A model generated the notes under the pieces. That model was not told the DNA's origin. It made no database searches and saw only the letters and a program-made list of their open reading frames with translations. From Octopus sinensis (lineage: Eukaryota), in NCBI RefSeq assembly GCF_006345805.1, contig NC_043013.1:30008001-30072000 (forward strand): DNA of 64,000 nucleotides, in the 5' to 3' direction. A program made the translations under genes and the position numbers. This document shows positions 24,680-41,574 of this stretch, in pieces (the first letter of the stretch is position 1; each line of letters opens with the position of its first letter).

Positions 24680-26584
24680 GTTTATAATTATGTATATATA
24701 TATATATGTGTGTGTGTATCTATCTATATAACATATATATATATATATACATATATATCGCTTTATGTAAATATAATGATAAATTGTACAGCACTGCACT
24801 ATTTGTAAATGAGTGTTTAACTTTTCTCGCCATCCTGATCCATTCGAATCCACCAGGATTTGACTTTGCACTTTATCACTCCAGTGTCTATAAATTAATA
24901 GAAATAAAAGCCCTCAGGTCGATTAAGTAAACAATATTCTTCATTCTAATGAAGTCAGCTGTTTGTATTAAAGCAATATATTAAAATCTTCTGTAAACAT
25001 CGGAGAATATGAAGTAAGCATATAACGTTTGCAAGTCGTTGTCAATTCCTGTTTGAACTCAATTCCCAACTGATTGACTAGTATTGCTTTTGAGGAAAAT
25101 ATAAAGAAAATATAAGCGCCACACCACCTCATTTATACGTCGATAGTGTGGTAAGAAATAAATATTGGAAAGTGATCAATGAAATTTTGCTCCGTACTTA
25201 AACTCATTTAGCAAAGAAGATGTTGATCGTTAAAAATTGATCTTTACTCTGAAGGTCTTACCTTAATGTTTAAAATATATAAAAAAAGAAAACAAATGAA
25301 AAGAAGTTAATGAATATGGCAAACAATTTTACAGCTAATGGCATAGAATAATTCTTAGTGTTCCTAAATACGGACGTAAATTGGAAAGAAAATAATATGA
25401 TTTTTGAAGAAAATAGACTTTCAAGCTCCATAGCTTATAATGTAAAGAGAAAATAAAATGATCGATATAAGTGGTATTTTTGTTTTCATTTAGAGCGTTC
25501 CATATTTAGTGGAAGACGCATGTTACTGCCGACACAATTGAGGAGTAAAATAGTTTTTTTATATCTGTATTCTCCATGTTTATATCTAATTCATACAATG
25601 AAATGAAATTTTAGTCACCGATTCAATTAGCAATCTTGAAATCAATGTAATATATTAATACTAATAATAGTTATTAAATAACGAATGCTGTGTATCATGC
25701 GGTAAAGTGTTAGATTGTTGGTCTAAAAAGACAAGTTCGATTCTAGATTCTTGATTTACTTAACTTCCATTACTCACAACTTCCAGTGATTATACGTTCT
25801 TGCATTAACTGGCTTCTGTAAATTATATAGTAAATGGCTCTGATTTTACAAAACTGCTCATAAAAGGCTGTGCATTGCTCTGGTTTCGAAGTGGGGTATT
25901 TAAATATAACATATTTCAAGGAAAAGGAACTCTGAATACAGCAAGCTATTCCTTGATTGTAAGCAAGTCATTCCTTCCACTTAACTAAATCGGAAGAAGA
26001 AAGTGAAAGTGTTATAATGAATGTGAAATCGTAACTTATTGACAAACAATCAATTACTTTATCAACTCTAATATATTCTACGAATATAAGTTCCATGTGA
26101 AGCACAATATATCTACCCAAAAACGTAGTGAGTGGCGAATATAGTATGATAGCATGCCAGTTGCTAAGTCATCACAACACGAAATTTTGTGAATGTCTCA
26201 CATTTTCATCTCAAGCAATTTGTTCTAAAATATACATAAAAATCCAGGAGTGTCATTCTAGCCAAGTATGTCAAAATATGGAGATGCTATTGGAGTAGAA
26301 GTCGCGATATTTAACGAGGATTTAAGTATTTGGGTTTGAATGTATAAGATAGCAGATGCATTGATATTGCGTTACGAAGAGGGATGGCAAATATCAAGGC
26401 AGCTATTATGGTGATTTCTTCAATAACTATGAAACAATCCATTGTTCTCCAGGATCGTAACAATATTTACACGTTAATTGATTTATCCACGTTTTAGTAA
26501 AACTTTGGCATCAAAACATACACAAGAACGAAGACACAATATGTTCCTACCGTCATCTTGATTTCCTTCACTAAGTCATGAAAA

Positions 26585-26665
26585 TCTCGTCGAAAGATAC
26601 AAAGTGTCTCCTCAGAAGACATTGGGAATCTCCTGGACACACAAATAATTAATGAATCACAACTG
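26585..26665 (+). mobile_element. Possible short RTE-type LINE remnant
   Basis: Frameshifted KCL..QKTLGISWTHK/IINE resembles the RTE C-terminal motif C-x-RxILGISW-x-DKITNE. Confidence 0.35.
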
Positions 26666-26899
26666 GATGTAAGAATTCTAAGTGCATCAAGCTGGTAGTC
26701 AATTGTTCAATTTTCTTTGAAGTTTTGCTTAATCTTAGACTGATGCGGACTAGATTCGCACATATATACACGCGCACACACATGTACACACACATATATG
26801 CACATATAAACACACACACATATATATACACACACACAGATTTACACACATATACGTGTACACACATCTACACACACATATATATACACACATATAAGG

Positions 26900-27152
26900 A
26901 GCAGCCTGCTCGTGAAATTGAGCGATCCACAGACACGCGTACCCCTAACGTAGTTCTCAGGGAGATTCAGCGTGATGCAAAGTGTGACAAGGCCGGTCCT
27001 TTGAAATACAGGTACACCTAATTTTTGCCAGTTGAGTGGACTGGAGCAACGTGAAATAAAGTGTCTTGCCCAAGGACACAACGCATCACCGGGAATCGAA
27101 CTCACGACTATACAATCGTGAGCCAAATACCCTAACCACTAAACCACGTGTC
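26900..27152 (-). mobile_element. SINE family C copy
   Basis: Reverse complement has head cacgtggtttagtggttagggtatttggctcacg...gagttcgattccc and body ccctttgaaatacagg/gtcacact. Confidence 0.85.
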
Positions 27153-27158
27153 TTCACA

Positions 27159-27218
<60 letters not shown>

Positions 27219-28486
27219 CACTTACACACACACACATATATATATATATACATACATGTACACATACATACACATACGCAGACCCAGGCACACGGACATA
27301 TATACACACACTCACATACACACATGTATGTTCATTCTCTATTATATACGCACACACACACACAGCCATATATACACACAAATTGACACGCACACACACA
27401 CATATATGTATTGTTACGCTGCACTCGACCTCCTGATACCACCAACAGCCCCCAACAGTGTGTCCGCTATCTCAGAAGACCGCGTAGGCGAACACAGACG
27501 TGTATATATATACACACACAGACACATATACACGCACATATATATATACACATATATATATTTATATACATACACATATATATATATATACATACACGCT
27601 TCTATATACACACTAACATATACACACACTCGCACAAACACACGTACATACACACACAAGCACACATAGAAGTATTGTTACGTTGCACTAGATCTCCTGA
27701 TAACACCAACAGTCTCCCAACAGTCTATGTCCGCAAGCTCAGAAGACTGCATAAGTGAGCTCAGCAAACCAACTTGCTTAAAGCGGAAGAAACAGTTTTT
27801 AAAGTAGTCGGGAGCATTGAAAACAACAAACAAAACGGTTGAGTATAATCAAAATAAAATAACTTTAATTAAGGGACCAATAAAAAATCATGGAATAAAT
27901 AGACAATTCTTTTTACAGACTTCTTTCGTTTAATTCTGAAATGTGTAGATTTCTTTAGGGGGGTTTTCTTTTATTCCTGTTAGGATTTATTTTCTATTTA
28001 TTGTTTTAATCTTCTTTTTTTCGACTGGACTCTGCTGTTACTTCCGAATCCAATGCACTATTCCGCATTCTTTACGTTACCAAGTTCACAATTCACGTTA
28101 ACTATCAGAGCCAGTTTCACATTCGACAACAAGTGCTGTGTCAACTGTTCCACAAATTTTGGCCTTCACTATCGCACACATCGACCGCATGGCACCGACT
28201 ACTACTAAAATAAACCGTTCACATAGGCTTCCAGCACCTCACACGTCGACTTACCGCAAACTCAAACCTCCCGGTCACATCGGCTCACAGCACGGACTAA
28301 CTCACCTCGTATTAAGGAGTAGTCATTACAGTTTTCCCAGACAGTAAAAAGCGCGGCAAAATTATACTGCCTACTTCTAGATAAGATTTTCTCATGCCTT
28401 GCAGAACCAGAGAGCGGTGTTCTAATGCGGTAACATAAGAACGAGAAATTATCTGAATATAATTATTTTCGTTCGTAACAATATAC

Positions 28487-28539
<53 letters not shown>

Positions 28540-28546
<7 letters not shown>

Positions 28547-28920
28547 CGGGAAAGTTTACGCCATGATAGATTGTTAGCTCCTACGCGCATCATTTCTCTC
28601 CTTGTTTTTTTCTGTGTATCTTTCTGTCGAAGAGCGTAGGCTCGAAACGTAAAATACTTTTTCTATTTCTATTCCTGAGCGCTATACTAATACATTTGTT
28701 TGTTTGTACTCCACATGCCTTCGTCTTTTGTTTATTTTCGTAAACTTTCCCGTTATATATCACGCGCTCACGTGGTCTCCCTTTAATCCTATATTCTACC
28801 ACTATCAACTCGTACCTTTCCTCGACGGACACTACTACCTCTCCACTGGATCTTTTTACCTCTAAGGATACCTACCCTCTGGCTGCACCTCTCCTACACG
28901 GATCAAAGTGACTTTGTTAT
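28540..28920 (+). mobile_element. Penelope-like terminal-repeat remnant with hammerhead-like motif (28619-28656)
   Basis: Same module as 24488-24595 (ctgtcgaagagcgtaggctcgaaacgtaaaa...ttcgtcttttgt); 21-bp inverted repeat at 28540-28560 and 28739-28759. Confidence 0.6.
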
Positions 28921-28924
28921 TGAT

Positions 28925-28955
<31 letters not shown>

Positions 28956-28999
28956 ATGTGTGTGTGTATGTGTGTACGTGTGTGTGTGTGTGTGCATAT

Positions 29000-33005
<4,006 letters not shown>

Positions 33006-33073
33006 AGCATATTACTCTACCTCTGGCACTGGTGTACTATCCCCCCCCTGTTTCGCATTTATGTGCTTATTCT

Positions 33074-33156
<83 letters not shown>

Positions 33157-36100
33157 ACTGTCACGAAAAGCACAACGTTACTGAAATCACAAGTATTTCA
33201 TTCACTAGAAAAAAGAAAATAAACAACCAGTAACTAAGTTAGTATTAGCATACGTAATCATTAACACGTTCATACAATATTTGCAACTTGGAATATGCAA
33301 CATAAATCAATGACTCGTATTATTTTAAATATTTCAAAGAGAACGGAAAATGAGCTCGGATACGTTTTGGTGCTATTATGATGTCATCAGCAAAGCTTAG
33401 AACTCACCTGGCCGATATAATGATGTTAAATTCACAAATGTAAACGTGAAATACTTACACTCGTTGCCATCAACAAAATAGATTTGTTTAGAGAACGAAC
33501 AGTTCAGAGACGCCATCTGGTGAACTTGAGTATTATATCTGGTGGTATTATGCTTTAATTCAATATATTGTAAGGCTTCCTGCAATTGTGTAATTCTCCT
33601 GTAAGTTAGTAATCATGTTGTTATAGAAGCTAATGAAATTTCTATAAAATTTTCTCTGATAGCACTGCTTTCATCAGCGAAATCAATAAGAACATATTTA
33701 TCAGTGTAGTTGTACAAAAGTGTATGGTTCTATGCAATGTCTTGTACTGATGCTTGATTGGTATCTGGGTACTGATGTAATTATTACCCCATAACAACAT
33801 CCTTATGCTACTCTTAAAGACAACGCATACGCTGTGCAGTCATACAAAAACACAGTAAACAAGCGAAGTTTTCCAAACTTTAACGTGTTATATAAGGGGA
33901 AATATTAAATTGAATCAAACACATTATCTAAATAATAATATGATCTTTAAAAGAAAGAAAAATGGATATGTGCACAAAAGTGGTATGAATTTAACCCAAC
34001 GTTTTTCAGGTTCTTTCAACTATTTCAAGAAAAATAGAACAGTCGGTAGACTACAAGAACAGATTATACACCGGCAGAAATTGATATCCTCTTAAATCTG
34101 ACATTTCCTCGAGCTAAGTGTTATAAGTACGGCTAATAGTCTAGTCTTCAATATCAATTTCCTTGATTATATGCTCTTTATTTATGAAGTTTTAATTACG
34201 TTCACTTATATGCAGGTTCAATTTTAATCTATTTCTTCAATTTTGCTGTTTTACTTAGAGAAATTAAATCGATAATAACAATGAGCTGTTCTTAAAAATT
34301 TAATTTAGTGTATAAACTTGCAGCAAAAGCGTGTTGTAATAAAATAATCTCATTATTCCTTCATTATCTATTTCACACATTTAAATTTACGCCAGGTTGT
34401 TAAAAGCAGTAACACATCTTTATCTATTTCCATGTGCGTTATCTAAATTATATTCTAAATTACGTGTTATCTTTGAAATCAGATTATATTTTCATTTAAG
34501 GTCGAAAGAAAAGATAATCAACCTATAGGCATTATTAACACTTCCGGATAGAAATGGATATTCGTTTGTTTTATGCTTAAAAAAACATCAATTTAGCAGA
34601 TATTTTAGGTACTAGATGATGCATTTTATAAATATATTTGGTTGAAATCAATTCATACATACGACTTTGGTGTTATAAACTTCATTTTTCTCATAACGAA
34701 CAACCGAATGTGTAACATATAAAAGCGTTTGTTCAACTCAAGCTGAGATCACAGCGCCATTTAAATGGACACCATTTAAAATTATTTAGCATCCACCGGC
34801 AATATCTTTGCGAAAAATATTAACATAATAACGTTCACTTTTATCACTGTTAGAGCATATGGAATTCGATGCTAAATGTAAAGAATATTTGTGCATTTAC
34901 CAGGTGTTTTTCTGCCGTTTCAGTTAATAACATTATCAATATGAAATATATAACTTTGGGGAAATATTTTGAATAATAAGTATCAATTACTTTCTTAAAG
35001 TGTCTATCTTGCGTTACTAGGGCCATTCTTTTGATTTCAGTGGAATATAAAGCAACGTGAAATTTTGATTTCACACTTTCGAAAAGATGAAGAAGATGTG
35101 TCTTGATAATAATTGACAATCTTTCACAATCTTTCAACAGGTAGGATAATAATACTCTATCCACTTTGTCATCTGCGACATTTTCTTACTTGATTGGCGG
35201 TGGATTGCAAAGTTTGTGGGGCGTGAGATAAAGTACCGTGTAAACCATTTAGCTAAATTATATGAGCAAACATCATCAAATTTGGCTTTATATGTTGTTC
35301 CTCCGATTTCGAGAAAACAAATATCAGTGAAAAACTTTGAATGAAGCAAGTTTTCTTAACCCGAAAACATCTTACATTTTGCCTATAAAGCAAAACAAAC
35401 ACTATTATTCTGAAATATAGAGGAAGAATTTGCTGAATAATTAAGTAAATAAATAACGTGATGCATTTAGTTATGTTCTATTACGTTTTTGAATATTTAC
35501 AGATCGAAATTTGCTTTCTTTTCTGCTTACGATTAATCTCGCTATACATATATTTGTCTATAAAGATTTGCTATGCCAGTATAAAAGCACTTGTTTATCT
35601 TGAGATATAACAGCAATGAAACGAATAAAATGGTAGTGGAGGTGTATTTAGTTTTGTCCCTCTGAAGGAGGATGCCAGTCTGTAAAATGAATACAAATGG
35701 TTTTTAGGGTCCTATAGAATATTTGAGATTAGCGCTTCCGTTCAAAAACAAATACCTTGTGGTCAGTTAGTTCCCGACCACAGCTTATCCATCAAATCTG
35801 TGATAAAAGTATTTCAGTTTCAATAATTATATTACACCTTATGCTATAGGTTGCCTTTATTTCTTAGACACAGTGGGGTAGAATATGAGGCACATTTGGA
35901 TGCGCTTTCGAGCATGTTGAACAACTGTATACAGGATGCCTCCTCCTTGGCTATTTTAGAAAGCTTTTAATGTGCAGGTAGAAGAGTGGGAAATGTGCTG
36001 AAAAGCGAACTGAATATATTGATTCTGGATTACATTTATTCTGTTAGGTGAAAAAGAATTTTCTCTTCCTTTATCTGCTTTCATTAGGATGTCATTCATG

Positions 36101-38599
36101 TACAAGGATGAGTGTTGAGAAATGTATCATTTGAAGCTGGTATGAAAGCCTGGTCGAGCTACACATTAATACACTTTTGTTACGTGACCCATTGCTATGG
36201 CTGGTAGTTGTAAACACTGACAAAACTGGAACTTAGAATGTAAAGGCTTAACATGTATATTGTTGATTCAATTGGCATGTATAATTCTCTATAAGAAGTT
36301 TTATAAATATAGAACCATCCCAACCACCCCTGCGTAGAAGGCGGACGTTAACCGATGATGATGATGTGGACATAGTTATTCTGAATTGTGTACCATTGAA
36401 ATAAATATGTTTTTGTTATCTTACTTTTCATTGTGTTAATTATTTTAAAATCATTTCTGACTTTACAAATAACATTTCTTCGGTAATTAAACCAGGTGTT
36501 TCATTGATTTTCCCAGAAATCGTTATTATTAAAGAAAAAAATGTAATTTTTTTTTACTAAAACAATACTTTATACATTTTTGGTATCGTATTTTCTTATA
36601 TATTTTCTGATACTCAAACTTTAATTTTATACATTATCATTCCAATAACGTAATGAAATCCTCTAAATTAATTTTAAATTCACAAATACAAACGTTTAAT
36701 TTTCCTTTTTGTTACTGATGTATTCATTTGTTTCGAAATTATCAGAAGTTCAACATTGCTTGACATTTACAGAATTCACGACACCGTCTTAAGATTTAAT
36801 TTTATAATCACATCAATAACGGTTTTAAAATAGTTTTTAAAAAAATAAATCGACGATGTTTATTTAAATGTCTTTATATTTATTTTAGATTAAAGCCTGC
36901 ATTTTCCTTCATTATTCTCCTTAAAAAGTCAACAAGCCTCTTCATCGTGTCCTTGGAAGTTAACTGAAAGAGATAAACTTTTCATACTTTTGTTATTTTT
37001 TGTTGAAATGATAGAATATTCAAAATATAACAAAAAGAGTTACAAACGCTTAAATTCCACAAGTAAATGATTACTTGCGTTTCATTCAGTATTTCATCCG
37101 TTATTTTAAGTCATTGTCCTTTAGAAATTAATTTTATGAAATACAAGGTTTTGCTATAAATAATACATTTTTATCTTCTAATTTTGATGTACACAACATT
37201 CATAGCTTAAAGATAAGCTGCAGCTTTTGATTGGCAGAATTATTAGAAATATTTATATCAATCGTAGATTTCATTAGAAAAAAATGGGATCTTATCCATT
37301 TCATTCTCAGTGTCCGATTTGTCTCTAATTTTCTACATTGATGTAATTATGTATAATAATAATGAAAATTATACGATTGTTTTATCTGAATTAATAATGA
37401 AAATGCTATACACCTTTGAAGTTTGAAACGTTTGCTAATTTTAATTAATCAGACGCCTCATATGTTTTTACATATATGAAACTATAATTTCCATACATAA
37501 ATGAAAAGAATATCAAAGCATTACGAAACCTTGAAAGTTTGTTTTTAATAATAGATAATCGAAACATCACGAGACATCTTTAAAGATGAAAAATAAATGA
37601 AAAAGAGTAATGGAAATTTCCGAAATGACGGAAACAAAACGAATCAACAAAGACCTTGTGCAATGCATTCAAACAATGTTTTAAAGGCGTCGCAAATTTT
37701 GTTTCGGAATATGAACTCACAAACGTACAAGTCATAGAATTACTAGTGCCACGGTGCCATATATTTTCTCATTTGAGACATACACGAATATTTCACACTT
37801 CTTGCATATTTCGTCTTGTCAGAATTGCCACGTGGTGTAGAGTATAGAAATATCTGTCGTGTCTCTCAGCATTCACAGCCTAAAGCCCACTATTCGAGTT
37901 GTACTTTCTTTGGTTATACTATCAGTCCGAGAACACTGTTTCATCAGTTCCAACAATGTTCCAGGATCATATCTTTTATTGGTTGTGGAGCAGGTCGCTT
38001 CATAGATTTCGCGCGCATAAATCGTTACATTCAACAGTTGTACTGTAGCTCATACCCCGTTCTATTACTTACAAAAAAAGGTAGTAATGAGTTCCTTGAC
38101 TCAGGAATAGAGAAACTGAGCAAGTTCTAAAAGAAGGTCGACTTTAAACTAAATCTATTTTCTAAAACACATTCGTTTCATCAAGTTCAAAACACCAGTC
38201 TGGCATTGGGACTGAAACAAGAGAGTCCCGAGAAGTGATGTTGTTGTTGGAAACAGGCAAGCGTGCCTCTTTATATATCAATAATGGAGGCTTCCGATTG
38301 ATTAAATTAATCGAAAGTTTCAAATTAAATCGGACACAAACGGAAAGTATAAGATTCAAGAACATTCTATTGTATAATTTATTTTAAAAAATTGTTTTAT
38401 GTGAAAATGAAATTTCATTTCTATTTACAATTTCAAAAGTGTAATTCCTCTTCTTCTAGTCCCGTAGAAATCAAAATAAATACGATATATAGAATAATTT
38501 GTCAAGTAAGGAATGAAAAATCGAAATAAATGTTTTAAAGCTTTTTAAAATTTAGTTGAATTAATATTTTTGTTTTCGCTAATGCATTCTAATTAATTA

Positions 38600-38850
38600 G
38601 CAGTTATTTTATCGTGAAGATTGGCCACATTTTTTCTCAAATATCAAGAAACTTTCAAAGGGGTCTCGCAGAATATAGGATAATACTTTCCAAAAGGTTG
38701 ACAATACAAGTTTCAATGCCAATTTCTTTAAGTTTTTGGGGTAGAATTTTCGTTGTCGTGTCAAATACACCACTTACTACAGGAATAGTTATTGTGAGTT
38801 GATTTTGAACGTAAAATTGTTATTCACAATCCTGATGCTTAATTCAGTAT
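38600..38850 (-). mobile_element. R2/R4-type (restriction-like endonuclease) LINE C-terminal remnant
   Basis: IKHQD...LTITIPVVSGVFDTTTKILPQKLKEIGIETCIVNLLESIILYSARPL*KFLDI* matches the REL tail IPVVxG..L..LK.LGI...LQK..LL.TAR.LRK.L. Confidence 0.7.
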
Positions 38851-40879
38851 TAGGGACGAAGCCACTCACCACCATATCCTAACCTAGAGTTCACTGATGT
38901 GTTCTTTCCTCTCTCTCTCTGCCTCTGCCAACTTTTACAGCTACTAAAATGGAAAATGACCTGTGAGTTATGCAGCTTCCTGGTTTCTTTAAATTTTTTC
39001 TGAAGCACACTCGAATAACTCATCTTTCTCCTTTTCATTCCCGGTAATGTGATTCATTGCCCAGGCCCTATACTTAACACTCCGCCCAGTCCTTTCTTTC
39101 CATAAACTCACCCTCCGCTGTCTCCTAAATACACTTGCTTTTCTTGCAAATGGCGTAGGTTTGCAGTCACCAAACACATAGTATTCGAGAACAAGAAACA
39201 TTCATGAGAATATCCCTTTCCTTCACACACAAGAAGAAACAATAGTGTATGTAAAACTATACGCCGTGTTCCACAATCTGAAAGATGATAGACCATGATT
39301 TGAGAAATATTTGGCAGCTATTTCTAGGAGGTTGAGGGACAACATACACTTTCTTTTCTTGCCTTGAATAGATTTCAGTCACATGCTAAGATTAATTTCA
39401 TTCAATCGAAGTGATACACTTTTTCAATGCATGTGGTACATGGACAGAGTTCAGTTAGTATAAATTCAGTGAAGGACGTCTCGAACATTTACGGTTTAAC
39501 AAGGTAAATGTTTTCCTGAAACATTATCTGAACTTGCTTTCATATTTCTTACTTTCTTTTTATCTTTTTATCATCAAATGTATTTCGAATAAAATGCCAA
39601 TCTATGTACACCTCTACAGGAAGCCTGATATTAAATCTAGATTTCGTATAATAAATAAATAAATAAAACATTCCTTATAATTTAATTCAGTAAATAATAC
39701 ACTCGGTGAATCGAGATTGCGACAATGTTTTGATTCTTATACGAAGCCAACTTTCTCCAGTTAATCTATTAATGTCTTTGAAAAAACATGGAACTAAGAA
39801 GCTCTCAATAATTTCCTTTACACAATTGTTGGTCTAGACTTCTATATCAAAAAAAAAATATATATTAGAGATGTTTTGTGTTACAGTTATAACAAAAATG
39901 CTTTAAACGAACCAAATGAGGGAAAATTTGCGTCATCTTATGAACCGCTAAATATAATCAATAAAACTTCTCACATCAAACCATAATGCCTTAAATAAAA
40001 ATAAACAACATACTTGATTATATATATATATATATATGCTTTTTTAGCCGTATTTACGAAAACCAGGACATGATAATTAGAATTAGGACACATTTGATTA
40101 GTTTTTGCAGATCCGGAGATCAAGAGGGGAACATTTACAATCAAGTTTATAACTGGTTGGTATATAAGTTATTTGTATTCTATATTTCGTTCATGTAGCT
40201 ACTACAAAGTGCATAATCCACTTAACTAGAATGTTGTATCCTAGTAGAATGTAAAATCATCTGATGTTTTAAATCTTTAAGTAACCATTCTATGACGCTT
40301 CGCAAATAATTTCACGACCATATACAAATGCAAAGATATATCGATATTGGTGTTTTCTCTGCTACCTTTTTATGGCAATCCATGAAGTAGACAAGCACAA
40401 ATACGTGGGGCTCTTGAATTAGTGGTGGAAGACCATCCGATAATTAGTCGTTCAGTCCTTGGTTTTAAAGAAGTACATAATATATATAAAAAAAAAACAA
40501 CAATCAGCCATATACCTACCATCTCTCAATTATGTCTTTTGTAATACCGGATTGTATTTTAGTTGTATATTGCCATTCTTTTAGACCATTCTCCAGAAGC
40601 ACATTTTTGAGAAATTCAGGACACTCGTGTATCCATGGGAACTTGATATCGTCATCTGAATTACATAGTCTTACTCCTTTTACAGATCATGTCTCGACAC
40701 TATAATATTTTTTTAACATTTGATCATTTTTCCAATAGATATTTGGGAGATGCTGCCATAGCCACTAGGATGATCATGGGAAGGAAAGAAGACCATCAAC
40801 CAATTCATATTTCTTGTGATTCGTGCTTCCAAACGAGTCGTAGTGCAGTATGCGTGATCTCCATTTCATCTTATTTGTG

Positions 40880-41100
40880 ATTGGCTTAAAATTGTGGCGT
40901 AAGGCTAGCAATTCCAAGGGAAAGTGTAAGTCGGTTCGATTACATCGACTCCAGTTCTCAACTGGTAATTATGTTATCGATTCCGAAAGGATGCAAAGCA
41001 AAGTCAACTTCGGTGATATTTGAACTGAGAACTTTACGTGGGACGAAATGCTGCTAAGAATGTGTCCTGTTCTGTAAATATTCTGTACGCTCTCCGCCTT
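40880..41100 (-). mobile_element. SINE family B copy
   Basis: cgattacatcgactccag...ttatcgattccgaaaggatgcaaagcaaagtcaacttcgg...tttgaactgagaac. Confidence 0.75.
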
Positions 41101-41504
41101 CACTTTGTTTGTTATTGATCCTGAATTGGATATTCCCATGCATCTATGCGTTGATTCGATTCGATCAGAGTTGTCTGTCAACACTTTATTCACATGCGCA
41201 GCCAGAATATTTTGCGTGGGGTTAGCCAACTACAAGAACCTGTCGAGATTCATCAGTTTCTTCAGATTGCTGTGCTTTTATCTCACCTGAAATTTGAAGA
41301 ATATCTTACATACGATATTCTCTTTAAACATTTCGTACGCATTTGAAACTATTAAACGCTTTTGAAACTATTAAACTGTGCTCTTTCGATACTGAATCCA
41401 CTATAAAACATCTTAGAAATTCAAACAATAATACTGTTGCATCGAACATTTTGTCTGAAGATGTGGGTTGTATATATAGTTTGATTCGCATACACACACA
41501 CGCA

Positions 41505-41574
<70 letters not shown>

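Noticed and set aside
25256-25305. Minus-strand polypyrimidine-AG|GTAAG, resembling a recursive splice site
   Set aside because: The acceptor is AAG (disfavoured) and no host transcript is established
36880-36965. Good minus-strand acceptor followed by LTSKDTMKRLVDFLRRIMKENAGFNLK*
   Set aside because: No convincing donor, two equally plausible frames, and too short to judge
37873-38049. 58-codon minus frame (LLNVTIYAREIYEATC...YDPGTLLELMKQ)
   Set aside because: Protein-like but without compatible splice sites or a recognisable motif; length is within chance
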